Shown here in pieces: positions 50,808 through 64,000 of a stretch of DNA of 64,000 bases. The DNA lies in contig MU057651.1 of assembly GCA_013265495.1 (NCBI GenBank), positions 124,001 through 188,000 of the forward strand. Reading direction: 5' to 3'. A program made the position numbers and the translations under genes. Position 1 is the first letter of the stretch, and the number at the start of each line of letters is the position of its first letter. This stretch comes from Vicugna vicugna (lineage: Eukaryota). Below the pieces are notes generated by a model. The model was given only the letters and a program-made list of their open reading frames with translations. It did not search any database and was not told the DNA's origin.

Positions 50808-52757
50808 CCTGTGACCAAATGGGGAAAAAGGGTGGAAAGACGAATTTTTTTTAACATCTTCAGTTCCTTAAAAGTATAAAAGTTGATGTGCAGGAGCCAT
50901 GTCATCTCAGGTTTAACCTTTGAATTTTCCCATACTTCCCTCTTATTTCCACTTTAGAGTTAATGAGATGCCTCCAATGAACAGTATGAGTCTTTGAGCT
51001 CAATATATATTTAGCCATGAGTGAATAGAAGAATGAATAATTGTGTGTCAAAGAAATGCTAGTGGAATTTTGCTTCTCAGGGAGGCAGCAAATGGCTCAA
51101 ATCCTGGTGTGATGTGGCTAGATGATGCATGATCTGAGGACCCCTGCACAGGTGACTGAGATGGGTCTAGAATTTTCCTATAAATATGTTAACATATGGA
51201 GCAGTCCAGGAGCAGCAGTTAGGTAAACACCACAGCTTGCTGCCCTGGTGCCATCTCTCACTGAGCTCACCAGGTGAGTCAAAGGCAAGACTGTCTTCCC
51301 AGCGTGGGGAACTGGATTAGGATCAGCACACAGGCATGATGTTGGCAGCTCTTATTAGCTTCTGAATCCCCCAAGAACCTAGAGCTCCTTCTGTCTTTAA
51401 AACTTTGAACTAAAGGCTTATCAAAACGATATTTGCTTCCTTCATAAAGATATCTGTCTCATTAGGAGAAACTATGAGAAATGACTTTTCACAGTGCCTG
51501 TCTTAGCACCCATGGCTCAGCCAACTTGTACAGCTGTATCTCAACATTTAAAGGGCCCTTGAAATCCCACCAGGTGTCATATACTCTGGGCAGGCTTTCT
51601 CATTCACCCCTCAGGACACTGTGACACAGGTATCATGAGTCCCACATCATAGATGCCCAAGTCAGAGCCTCAGTCACCTCTCTAGATAAATGACCCCTCA
51701 GATACTGGGTTCATATCCACAATTTGTGTAGCATCCTTACTATCAAACAGAGAAATTGACAAGTAATTTAAACTAAGAATTCACATTAAAATATACAGGA
51801 ACAATCAACATGTTAAAATATGCCAAAAATCACAAGAGCTAATATCATGAAAATATTTCAAAGATCCTGAGAATTAATATTAAGTCAAGACAAGACAAGA
51901 TATGAAAGAAGGAAGAAAATGTGAAATCTCTTGGAAAAGGCCAGGAGCCTGTGCAGGTGTCTATGTTTGTGTGCCCTCACCTACAGGGACATGTCTGGAT
52001 AAGAGGCACTGTTCTATGACAACAGGCCCCTTTGGGTCAGGGAATAGGAGTAAGACTTGAGAGACGCAGGACAATTTCAATTTGTAAGTATACTTGCATA
52101 CAATGTTTAGAAATACTGTACTCAGGAAAAACAGTACTTTGGTAAAACTTTGAAAACAAAATAATTGCAAACAGATTGGCCAAAGTAATTTGTATTCATT
52201 GTATTGTATTTCATGGGGAAATGAAGTAGATAAAAAAATTGAATTGACTGTGTGTGTGTGTGTGTGTGTTTCTATGTCCCTTCTGGCTCTACCACCTCAA
52301 ATACATGCCCGCAGTTGAAGCTTTACCCTTAGTTAATACCTAAGATGGACTTCCAGCCTCATGTTTAGATATCCTAGAAAATGTGTTTCTTTATATCCTA
52401 GAAAAGTGATGGAATACCCTGCTTTTGTATAGGCTGCCGAGCCTTCCTCTCACACACGGTGTCATCACCTGTCAAGACACAAAACACTACTGTACAGGCT
52501 GCCCACACCACGATCCCAAACCTCACACTCTCTCAGTCGCCTCCTTCCTGCCCTTCACCTGCCCACTGACTGCCAAGGTGCGCTGCTGCCACTTGGCATT
52601 TCATCAAGCTGTGGAGTATATGTGTTTACAGTCTTCTTTTACACCTGTCAGATTTTTTCAGATAGAATTAGAATCATTCTGTACATAGATCCATAGGCTG
52701 GATTTTAAGGGAGGGTACCGTAGTTTTGTTGAATTAAATTGTTCGTAAGAAATTTTA

Positions 52758-52888
52758 TTTTTTATTTTTTATTTCTTGGGGTGGGGAATTAGATTTATTT
52801 ATTTATTTTTAATGAAGGTACTGGGGATTGAACGCAGGACCTTGTGCATGCTAAGCAGGCGCTCTTCCACTGAGCTATACCCCTCCCC
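52758..52888 (-). mobile_element. tRNA-derived SINE (Vic-1-like)
   Basis: Reverse complement of ggggaggggtatagctcagtgg...gttcaatccccagtacc. 11-bp TSD aagaaatttta at 52747-52757 and 52890-52900. Confidence 0.92.
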
Positions 52889-55011
52889 GAAGAAATTTTA
52901 AAATGGCGATATGTTCGCGCCACCTCGTGACCGAAACCTGAACTGCAGCTTGAACATTGCAGAAAAGGAGAGTGGGAGGGAGGGGCTGTGACAAAAACCC
53001 AACACCACAGAGCTTTTTGAAAGTCTGGGTGTAAAGGGTGGAATTCCTTGGGTACAGCTATACTGATGGCCTCTTTCTGGACATTTCATATAAATGGAAT
53101 CATACAATTCGTGGTATTTTGCATATTCGGCTTCTTTCCATTGGCATATTGTTTTCAATGTTCATCTGTGTTGTAGTATGCATCAGTAATTCATTCCTTC
53201 CTATTGCCAAATAGCTTACCACATTTTCATTATCCATTCGGTAGTTGGTGGATATTTGGGTGGTTTTTGCTTTTGGCTATTGTGAATGATGCTACGTACA
53301 TTTGTGTACAAGTTTTTATGTAACTGTATGTTGTCATTTCTCTTGGCTGTGTACCTAGGTGTGGAATTGCTGAATCATCTGATAACTCTGTTAAACTGAG
53401 GAACTGCCACACTGTTTTCATGACCCTGACAGCCTTGAGGAGTATACGCAATTAGTTTACTCGTGATTAGACTGTGGTTATTGGCTTTGAGAAAGGATAC
53501 CACAGAGTAAGTGTCCTCGTCACATCATATATGGGAGGTCATGACACTCTGGTGAAATCACTGGGTCACTGGAGATGTTGACCTTCATCACTGGGTTAAT
53601 GTGGTGTTTGTTGAGTTTCTCCAGTGTACAGTAACTGTTTTCCATTTGCTTCCTCTGTTCTTTAGAAATGAGTAACTAAGTCTGCCCTGACCTCAGCAGT
53701 AGGAGGGGGAAGGTTCACCTCATGGAAGGAAGGTATATATATAGATTTTTTGGAATTATTTGATAAACACAGTTTGCTGTCACCAATTTCTTTTGTTAAT
53801 TCAAAATTTTATTTAATCAGTATGGATTCATGTATACTTATGTTGTGGGTTTGTTCTTTTATTTCACTTAATGCATACAGAAGAAAGTCCAGCATCATGA
53901 TTTCTGTGCTGTGATAAAAGAGTTTTGACTTAACAGTCAGGAAACTGCAGAAGAGTTCCTTATTACCACAATTATATTGTCTGAATATGACATAATAGAT
54001 AATGCTTTTAGAAAATATATTTAATCATGGCAGAGTTGGAACAGCAATATAATTTAAGGCTATTTTATTTCATACATGGCAATCCCTTGAGAAAGAAATG
54101 AAGACCAGATAAGTTGGTTTTCTTATTGAAGTGACCACAAATAATTATTGCTAACTTGCACTAAAAATATTTACAAAATCCGTTTCAGTAAAGCAAAAGT
54201 ATGAGCTATGTCAGAGAAAAAGTGTGCTTCATTTGAAAGCCCATTATTCAGAGCACTGCCTTCACATTATCTGGCTCTGTCTCCATGGAAGGTATTTCAC
54301 AACCTGAGCTTTTCAGTGACTGATCACACTCTAGTATGATCTTGTCTATATCCAAACAATCGAATTCTTGGGGGGAAGATAATCCTTTCCTCTTGGGGAA
54401 ATACCTGTTTGCCTGTATTTAAACAATCATTTCAACATTCTTGATGTATAGTAGAAGTGACAAAGAGGTGGTTGTTGAGTTGGCAAGTGTAATTTCAGTG
54501 GAAGTGTTGGGGGAACCCAGCCCCATTAATGAGGGATAGAGACAGAGCTGGAGAGGAGGTGCAGGGAGATGTGAACTGAGTGTGGAGAATTCTTTGTAGA
54601 ACTTTGGTGAAAGGGGAGACAATATATACAGAGGACAGTAACTAGAGATGAGAAGAGAGGCTTAGAGCTTAAAGCAAAGCATATTTTAAAATCATTTATT
54701 ATAAGAAAACTTGAGCAGGTTGGAATCTTAATGGGAAGGAGCCATTTCTTCTTAGATTTAATATCTGAATTTAGGACACCAGACTTTCCACATGTTAATT
54801 CCTTATTTCCATTCTGGAGAAGCCTGAAACTTAACAAAAGGGATGGGGTAGAGTTTGGTTTTAATGCCTGTTAACTGGAAGAATGGATAGATGGATGTCA
54901 AACTTGTGCTGACTATTCACGGATTTGTATGTCCCAGTGCAGAGCTCTTTATGCAGATGACAGAACCTGTGCTGTTGGGAGGCTGAGAGGAGGCAGCAAA
55001 TGATATCAGGT

Positions 55012-56168
55012 AGGAGGCATTTCCGGTGTGAAGGCCTTGCCTGAGCATCGCGGTTGCCATAGAAACCTGACGTCATTGGGGCGACAGTGAGGACTTTTTA
55101 ATACAGACTAACATAACCCTAGGGAAAGAGAAGGACCCGCCTTCAGGTGTTTGGGGCTGAGCCGAGGGTATGGGTTCCTGCGGTGAGGGCTGGGCCGCCC
55201 TGGGGTGTGGGGAGACAAAGGGATCCATATCCAAGTCTCCTCTTTTCCCGCTGTGGGGCTCGGTGCCCCGGCTGTCTCATAGGTAAAATCTGGGGTGCCT
55301 TCCGGCCCCCTGAGTGTGGTGTCCTGCCTCAGGGGTGTCCTGGAGCCACTTTCCTTCTAAAGGCAGGGGAGCAGGAGGTGAGACCGGTGACAAGTCTTTC
55401 TGAGCCTCAGCTTACCCCTCTGTAAAATGGGGCTAAGAATGCTTTACCCACAGGATCACTGTGAACATTCAGTGATAACACAGGAGTAAGTCCATGGCCC
55501 TGTGGTTATTGCAGGATCATGAATGTTTATATGAATTCAGGCCATTGCTTATTCATTTTCAACTGTGTTGTTAGGGGATGGACAAGGAAACGAGAAAAAA
55601 AAGGCTCTGATGAGAAGCCCGTTGTAATATCTGGTTGTTAGGATCACTAACCAATCAGTGTCATTGTCACTAACCCAGTGCCTAGCATGGTGCCAGGCAC
55701 ACAGTTACAGCAGTAAAGCATAGTGATTGCTGGATATGTCTCTCCCTGTGCAGCTCCTCATGCCAGTGGCTCAGCTCATATCAGGTGTCTGAAGGAGACA
55801 GGTTCTGAGGATCTGTGTCCTGATGGCTCCTGAAGCTCCTACTCCAGGTTCAAGGGCAGTGGCTTCCAGGAGACCCCAACACTTCACATCTTTGGTGGCA
55901 TGACTCCGGACTTAAGTGAGTTCATAGATCTGAACAAAACTATGTTGTGGAATAGCTCCTGTGAGGCTCACAAACTAGCCTAGAAGTAGAGAAGCTACCT
56001 TGATCTCATCATGGGAACGAGGTTTAGCAGGTGGAATGTCATTCCATCAGCAGCTATGTGTTTTATAGTAGCCCTGAAGCCCATATTAGAGATGTCCTCT
56101 TTTTGCTGAAAGCAATGAATTGTGTAGCTTGACAAGGAACTTGGCCTTTAACATGCATTTGGAATAAA
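55012..56168 (+). repeat. Local segmental duplication, copy B
   Basis: Direct repeat of 28488-29640 at an offset of ~26.5 kb. Confidence 0.95.
55019..55075. promoter_or_regulatory. Promoter cassette B: ETS + RFX X-box + CRE
   Basis: atttccgg 55019-55026, GTTGCCATAGAAAC 55053-55066, TGACGTCA 55068-55075; motifs identical to copy A. Confidence 0.7.
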
Positions 56169-57879
56169 CACACATATATGTTTCTGACTGTATAGATAAT
56201 AATTGGTGAATCTTGTTTCTCTCAGTTGGATGTGAAAATACAGTTCGTTAGGTCTTTCTAGCGATTTGAAATTATAGCATGGATTCTTGCCTACTAACCA
56301 TGTTTTTATCATTTCTGTAATGAATTTTTAAGACCTGAAAATGTCCAAGTATTAAATAAAAATTCAGTTGTAAGAATGTAGAATTTTATAAGTTAATAAT
56401 TACCTATGTGTTTGCCCTATTATAATGACACCTAGTAATGTCCCTTTATAATAACCAGATATTCTTAAATATATTATGATTATAATGTCAGGACATCACC
56501 TTTTCACTTCTCTAATCACAGACCATCCTCTCCCTCACCAGACCCTGTCCCCAAGAAACCAGTGATCATCTGTCAATGGAACAGTTTTAATTTCCTAAAA
56601 TTTATGTAAATGGAATCATACAGGTTGCATTTTATTTTCATCTGGCTTATTTCATTCAGTCAGTTTTTTATTGTTTATCCATAGTTTTAAACTTATCTTT
56701 TCTTTGACATGAATATATGAAATATATTTATGAACACTGGAAGATACTTTCTTGAATATTTAATATCTAATATCTCCCAGAAGATTAGTTGTATTTGGGA
56801 AACATATAGATTACCAGTTCTTTTGTGATCTTCAGATTATCCATTTCATATACACTGAAGTAGAAAAATCTCCAGAGTTTTATCTTCAGATTTAGGGTTA
56901 TGGTAAATAATTAATAAATTAGTATAAAAAATTAGAGTTATTAAATGGTCCCAAGAAGGGACAATAAAAATATTAGTATTTTTTCCAGCTATAATTAAAA
57001 ATTTTGAGCTTTAATGATGATAAAAACCAAAGCACAGAAATGCATTGTTTTTATTTCCTACTTACACATTTAACACTCAAAATAGAATAGTAGGAACATA
57101 ATAATCAGATGAATGTTATTAATTTCAGAAATTTATTTTATAGTCATTTCATATAACACCTATCTATAGATATAATTTCTTGCATGTATGTGGGCTAATA
57201 AATGTTAAAACATTTATGCTACATCACAATTGTTGTATACCTGTGTAATGTCAATCAGCTGTAGAAGAGACTCTTACTACCTCTTATAGATTAGTTTTTG
57301 TCAGTCTTCTTTTTTGGATCAGAATTTACAAAAATATATTTTATATACTGATGAAGTACAAATATACATATATTTTTTAGCCAAAAGCAATAAAAATACC
57401 TGTGTCACAGTATATATTTTATTCTATTTATCTTTAAACTCTCATTTAGTTCACGTTTTAAAAAATGCTGGTAATGCCTACTGAATTGATGTTACAGCCC
57501 ACTAATGGGTTTCATCTCCAATAGGTTAATTTCTAGGACAGAGATCAGAGTTCAGCGGTTGCTAATTGATAGACCCTGCCTTCCTACATATACAGGTGAG
57601 ACTGATGATGTAAGGGCTTATTTTATTTTATTTTATTTTTTTTTGTTTTTTAATAGGCTTTATTTTTTAGAGCAGTCTCAGGTTTATAGCAGAATTGAGC
57701 AGAAAATGCAGAGTTCCCACATAGCCCTCCCCACCCACACATATAAGGGCTTCTTTTATAGGGGTTTTTAATCCCATTTATGAGAGTTCCATTCTTATAA
57801 CCTAATCACCTCCCAAAGGTTCTGCCATCACATTGTGGATTCATTTCAACATGTGAATTTTGGAGGACCACAAACATCA

Positions 57880-60505
57880 ATCTATGGCTTAGTGGTTTCA
57901 TCTATTTCTCTTTGCAGTTCTATCAGATTTTGCCTCATGTATTTTGATGGTCCTCTGTTAGGTGCATACACATTCAGGGTTTTATGTCTTCTTGGAGAAT
58001 TGACTCCTTTATCATTATGTAATGCCCATCTTTCTCCCGGATAACTTTCCTTATTTTAAAGTCTGCTCTATTTGAAATTAATATACCTACTCCCACTTTC
58101 CTTTGATTAGTGTTAGCATAGTATATCTTTCTCCATACATTTACTTTTAATCTAGATGTTTCTTCATATATGTTTCTTGTAGACAACATATAGTTGGGTC
58201 TTATTTTTTGATCCACTCTGACATCTCTGACTCTAGTGTATTTAGACCATAGATGTTAAAGTGATTATTGATATAGTGGGATTAATATTTATAATATTTC
58301 TTATTTTAAATTGTTTTCTATTTATTGTCCTCATTCTCTATTTTTATTTTGTCCTCTACTCTTTCTCTGCTATTTATAATTTAATTGAACATTTTATATG
58401 ATTCCGGTTTTCCTTCTTTCTTAACTATTAATTATACTTTTTTTCTTTTTAATGACTGCCCTATAGACTGCAATATACACTTACTAAACCAAGTCCACCT
58501 TCAAATAATGCTATGCCTGCTTCACAGGCAGTGCAAGTACCTTATAATATCAAAAAAATCTATTTCCTTCCTTCTATTCCATTCCATATCATTACTGTCA
58601 TTCACTTCGCATATACATAAGTATATATAAGCATATATATTTATGTAAAAGCATATACAATTAAATACCTTGTTGCTATTATAATTTTGACAAGCTATTA
58701 TCTGTTAGCTCAATTAAGAATTTTAAAAAATTTATTTTACTTTCATTTATTCCTTTTTCAGTGCTCTTCCTGTCTTTAGATCTGAATTTCTAACCAGATC
58801 ATTTTCCTTCTCTCTAAAGAACTTCTACTAACATTTCCTGCAAGGCAAGTCCACTGGCAATATATTCCCTTAATTTTTGTTTTTCTGAGAAAATCTTTAT
58901 CTCTCCTTCACTTTTGATGGATAATTTTGCAGGGTGCAGATTTCTAGGTTGGTAGGGTTTTTTCTCTCAACATTTCAACCATTTCACTCCACTCTCTTCT
59001 TGCTTGCACGGTCTGAGGAGAGTTGGATGTAATTGTTACCTTTACTCCTTTATAGGTAATGTGTTTTTTCCCTCTTGCTTCTTTCAGGATTTTTTCTTTG
59101 TCTCTGATTTTTTTTAGTTTGAAAATGATGTGCCAAGGTGTAATTTTGGGGGTAGGGCTGGGGGTTTATATCCAGTTTGGTGTTCACTGAGCTTTCTAGA
59201 TCTGTGGTTAGCTGTTTTTCATGAAGTTGGGGAAATTCTTAGTCATTGTTTCAAATATTTATCTGTTTCTTTCTTCCTGTGGTGCACCCATATGTGTATG
59301 TTACCCCTTTTGTAGTTGGGTAGTTTTTGTAGTTATGTAGTTTTTACATATTCTGCTCTGGGTTTTTTTTTTTTTGTCTTTTATCTCTTTTCTTTTCAGT
59401 TTTGGAAGTTTCCATTGTGATATCTTCAATCCCAGAGATTTTTTTTTTTCACCAAAGATTTGGCTCTACTAATAAAGTCCTTCAGAAGCATCTTCATTTC
59501 TGTTACAATGTTTTTGATCTCTAGCATTTCTTTTTGGGTCTGTCTTCAAATGTCCATCTCTCTGCTTACATTGCCCATCTGTTTCTGCTTGCTGTCTACT
59601 TTACCCAGTGATGCCCTTCGCATAGTAATCGTAGTTGCTTTAAATTCCCAGTCTGATAATTTGAACATCCCTGCCATATCTGAGTCCGATTCTCATGCTT
59701 CCTATGTCTCTTTCAACTGTGTTTTTTTTTACCTTTTAGTATGCTTTTGTACATGATATACTGGATAAATGAAACTAGTGTAAATAGGTAATTAGTCCTG
59801 TAGAGGTAAGGTATGGGGGGAGGGTAAGCATTTTCTAGTCCCATGGTTAGGTTTGAGTCTTATGGTGAGTCTGGGTCTCTGGACTGTGTACTACACATGT
59901 ATTACTTCTCAGATTTTTATCTTCCCCTTTGGTGAAACAGGATAGCTTGAACCAATTGGAGTCGGGTATTTCCCTTTCCCCAAATCAGTTAGGATCTGAT
60001 AAAACCTCAGCTTACAGGCTAAGGTGAAATAGTTTCTCCAGATGGCCGACCTTGCTTGTTAAGAAAAGAACAATCTGGCATATTTCAGAATGGTTCCTTT
60101 TTGCCTCCCGCTGGAGGCACAAGAGGATTTTCTCCAATATTCACTGTGAGAACCTAGTAGAAATCCAGGAGGTAAAACTCACAAAAGGGACCCCTGATGA
60201 CTATTTCTCAGGAGTTTTTAGCTCTCAGGCCTGTCCACACTGAGCCTCCAAAAACAGATCACTTACATTTCGGGTTTTCCTACCCTGATACTGGCTCCTG
60301 CTGATGGGTTTCTGCTCTGAAAAGTTGTGATTCTGTGCATTTGCCTGACTATCTCTCCAATTTGGGGGGCAGCAATTTGCCTTGTGTCCTCACTTCTCTG
60401 CTAGATCTAAGACGAGTTGTTTTTTTCAGTTTGTTTGGCTTTTTACTTGTAGGTAGGATGCAGTACTGACTTCTAAGCTCCTTACATGCCAGACCAGAAA
60501 CTGAA
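57880..60505 (-). mobile_element. Old LINE-1, 5' half (5'UTR, ORF1 remnant, ORF2 endonuclease start)
   Basis: ORF 58216-57974 gives RLKVNVWRKIYYANTNQRKVGVGILIS..ADFK...KDGHYIMIK (L1 endonuclease). ORF1-like sequence at ~58750-59600. Confidence 0.85.
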
Positions 60506-61033
60506 CACCTATTTATTTTTGGATTTATCTGTTTTGTTGCATGTGTCAATAGTTCTTTTTTTAAAATTGCTGAGTAGTAATCCGGTATATGGGTGTACCA
60601 ATTTGCTTTATTCATTCACCTCTTGAGGGACATTTGGGTTGTTTCTGAGTTGCATTTCTCCTAAATAAAGCTGCTATGAACATTGGTGTATAAGACTTGG
60701 AATGAACATATGCCCCCTTTCTCTAGAATACATCCTTACCAGTGCAACAGCAGGATCATATGGTGGATGTAAGGTTAATATTGTAAGAAACGCACAAAAT
60801 ATTTTGTAAGGTGGTTGCACCGTTTTCATTTGCTGCCATTAGTGTGTGAGAGTTCCATCCACTACAGCCTTGCCGAAACTTGTTTTGGTCATTCCTTTTT
60901 CATTGTGATCATTTTCCCTAAGGTGTTGTTGTACCTCATTGTAGTTTTCAGTTACATTTCCTTACTGACGATAATAATGAGCAGATTTTCCTGTGCTTCT
61001 TTGCCATTTCTATGTTTTTTATGAAGTATTCTT

Positions 61034-61408
61034 TTTTTTTGAAGTATGGTCAGCTTACAATGTTGTGTCAATTTCTGGTGTACAGCACGATACTTCAGTC
61101 ACACATATACATACATATATTCCTTTTCACATTATTTTTCATTATAGGTTACTACAAGATATTGACTACAGTTCCTTGTGCTATACAGAAGAAACTTGCT
61201 GTTTATCTATTTTATATACAGTAGTATCTGGAAATCTCAAACTCTTAACTTACCCCTTCCCACCCCCTTTCCTCCATGGTAACCATAAGTTTGTTTTCTA
61301 TGTCTATGAGTCTGTTTCTGTTTTGTAAATAAGTTCATTTGTGTCTTTTTTCCCTTAGGATTCCACATATGAGTGATATCACATGGTATTTTTCTTTCTC
61401 TTTCTGGC
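61034..61408 (-). mobile_element. 5'-truncated young L1 3' end with TSD
   Basis: Perfect 15-bp TSD ttatgaagtattctt at 61019-61033 and 61409-61423; same family as 14417-14773. Confidence 0.92.
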
Positions 61409-63049
61409 TTATGAAGTATTCTTGAAATCTTTGTCAATTTATCTATGAGAGTGTCTGCTTTCTTCTTATTGACTTTTGAGAGAGTCTGTATATAAGGCCT
61501 TTATCAAACATGTGATTTGTAAATATTTTCTTCCGGTCAGTGGCTTGTCTTTTCGCAGGATGAGGTTTTGCATTTGAGTTTTAGCAGTCTCTGCCCTGTG
61601 GCTACAGGAAATAATGATCTTCTTCTGGGCACAAATAGAAGCTTACAGATCACTTGTGAGGTGTTTGAGCTGGGAATTCCATTCCCTGAGCTCATCCTTT
61701 TCTTTCTCCATTTCATCTTGAGATAATAGGAGCAATCAGCCAATTTCACTATATTTGTTATTTTGCAAAAATGTTCTAAAGTATCATATACACAGTCATT
61801 CACATCCTTTCTTCTTATAAGTGGTTGATTAGGAGTACCCAGTAGTGACATTTGTGTCATATCTATTCCCAGATCACACCATGGACTATCAGAGCTTTCT
61901 TAAACTCCTGGAAATACAGTCCATAGTACCTTTAAATCTTAGCAGATTAGACAGCCAATTCCAGAAACCCCAGAATCAATTCAGAATACTCATCCTTAAA
62001 TTTCTCTTCCTTTAGAAACACTTTTGGTACCAAAACCTGCTGATTGTATCCTTATTGTGTTGTTAATGTTCTTCTGTTCCCCCTCTCCCCATTTCTATTA
62101 CACTGATGATTAGATTTAGATCCAATTCAGATTTTTGGCAAGAGTACCTCAGATGTGATGTTGTTTACTCTTTAAAGCCTTACACCAGGAGGCTCATTAT
62201 ATTCGATTGTCTCTCCTCTTGTGACAGTAAGATTGATCACTGGGTTTGTCAACCAAAAAAAAATGCAGAAGTCTGCAAATAAGAAAATAATTTATTTGGG
62301 ATCTTAAGAATTGTAATTTGGGATATAAAGACTGGGGTAAAACTGAAATAGTCTTCCAGGGAAGAGAAAAAGTCAGGGACTTATAAAGGCAAAAGCCGTG
62401 AGGCTGTACTCTGACACAAGAAAGGAAATATTTGTCCTCAAGGGATGGCCGTCACAAGTTGTTTTAGGGTACAGGTCTGATAAGTATCTTTAGTTTCTGG
62501 CAGATATTCTGGATGCCTTCCCTAGGACAATAATTGGTACATAATCAGACCACCCAAGAAAGCTGTTGTCTTGCTCTCTGTACATCGCCTGCTCCCCCTC
62601 ACCCCACTCACAAGACTGACCTTCCCTGTTAATCGTAGAGCCTAATCAGTAAATGCCTACTACTTGCCCCTGGCCCCAGCTAGTGATTGTTCTAATCTTT
62701 AGATCAGAACTACTCCACTAAGATAGTTTATCAAAGGGAATATATCTACCCTATGAAGGTTGTTAGCCCAAGGGGCTATGATGAACTTGCCTCTCTGCTG
62801 GTTTCCCTGGTAAGCAATGAGACAACCTGATGTCAGTTACCTCTAAAACTGGTAACTGTCATGGGACAAGGCAGGCTGGTACTGCGGGCAGTAAAAGAAT
62901 TTAACAGAAACAAGGAAAACTGAAAGAAAAGTTTAAAAGAAAAGAAAAGGTTAGATATGCTGCTACAGGCAACAGCGGGCAGACAGACGAGAGGTGTCTG
63001 TGCATCGAGGGTTGATTGCTGAAGTCTTTTGTAAGGGAGGGTAAACTTT

Positions 63050-63564
63050 TGTTACCAAGTCCAAACTTGTTCTGCTCACCACACAACAGGCCAATAAACC
63101 GGGAGACAAGGTGTTGGGGCAAGGAATAATGACTTTATTCGGAAAGCTGGCAGACCAAGAAGATGGCAGACTAATATCCTGGAATTCAGGCTCCTTTTAT
63201 ACTAAAAAGGGGAGGAGGGGGTATGCTTGGTTGCTGCAAACTTCTTGGTATAGAAATTCTTTGTTCTTGGAATCCTTTGTTCTTGCAGCTGTCCATGTGC
63301 GTCAGATCATGGTGTCCCTGTAAACCAACAGAACAAGCATTATTTTCTATTCTGCATCTTGCTATCTTTATATGAATGGAAAAGTGTTAATATCCTTAAA
63401 GGTTAGGGCCTTAAGAATAGACTATCTTGTATATTTCCGGCTATAGGCAACATTCTTTTACAAAAGATGCAGAACCAGCAAGACTAAGCCTAGGAAACAG
63501 AGCACAGGGTTAAAGCCAAAGAAACAGATCTAATATGGAGTTAGATTTGGTCTTTTCTATTACA
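63050..63564 (-). mobile_element. ERV1-class solo LTR nested in other LTR-like sequence
   Basis: TGTTAC...ATTACA with perfect 4-bp TSD CTTT (63046-63049 and 63565-63568). Its left end resembles the reverse complement of the end of the 25952-26568 LTR. Confidence 0.85.
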
Positions 63565-64000
63565 CTTTAACTCCTTGTGCTTATGTGACATCAGGCTCAA
63601 AGGGAGTCGCAGGGTATGTGATCAGTTGTGCACAATTCTCTGATTGATTGATTTTGTGGTAACAGGCAAGGAGGATGTTGTGAAAGGGTAGGGCTAGGGA
63701 TTTTGGTAGAGCATTTAGACCAGTTCTGGAGGTCAGGCTTCCAGGCTTCCAGGCATTGTATAGATGATCATTCTCTCTGCTAAGTCTTTATTATCTTTAA
63801 AGGCCAGCAGCTGGGCACCTGAGGGGCCTTGGAGCAGGGATCTGACAGATGTCTATGGACCCCACAGAAGCTAGTTCCCAAGCTATTACTTTACATGTTG
63901 GGACAGGAATGTTCTTTGTGTTTTCTGGTTTATGTCTTCATGATGTGAGTGGGGTGCAGGCAGACGTCTTGTGACTGGCGCCCACTTTGGCTCCCTATGG

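Noticed and set aside
19200..64000. RAB40A-like or KRAB/SCAN zinc-finger gene between BEX3 and the next TCEAL gene
   Set aside because: No Rab GTPase motifs, SOCS box, KRAB, SCAN or C2H2 patterns seen in the ORF track or by eye.

Overview
Mammalian genomic DNA, most likely camelid (inferred from several tRNA-derived SINEs of Vic-1 type). It corresponds to the eutherian X-linked BEX/TCEAL cluster. Two intact genes lie on the + strand, each with two non-coding 5' exons and the whole CDS in exon 3: TCEAL9/WBP5 (CDS 4629-4925) and BEX3/NGFRAP1 (CDS 18587-18925). Both carry a homologous promoter/5'UTR module (BGW-type). The remaining ~45 kb has no recognisable intact CDS and is dominated by L1, L2, MIR, MaLR, ERV1 LTRs and a decayed gammaretrovirus-like provirus (integrase GPY motif, env immunosuppressive domain, 3' LTR). 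The most notable unexplained structure is a ~1.15 kb direct duplication (28488-29640 and 55012-56168). It begins exactly at an ETS + RFX X-box + CRE promoter cassette and contains conserved splice sites, suggesting an orphan, probably germ-line, spliced transcription unit homogenised by gene conversion. Also seen: a possible decayed BEX copy at ~23.8 kb, a weaker TCEAL-like remnant at ~38.4 kb, and a ~400 bp L1 made of only its 5' and 3' termini. All alignments were done by eye, repeat family names and reference sequences are from memory, and repeat boundaries without TSDs are approximate.
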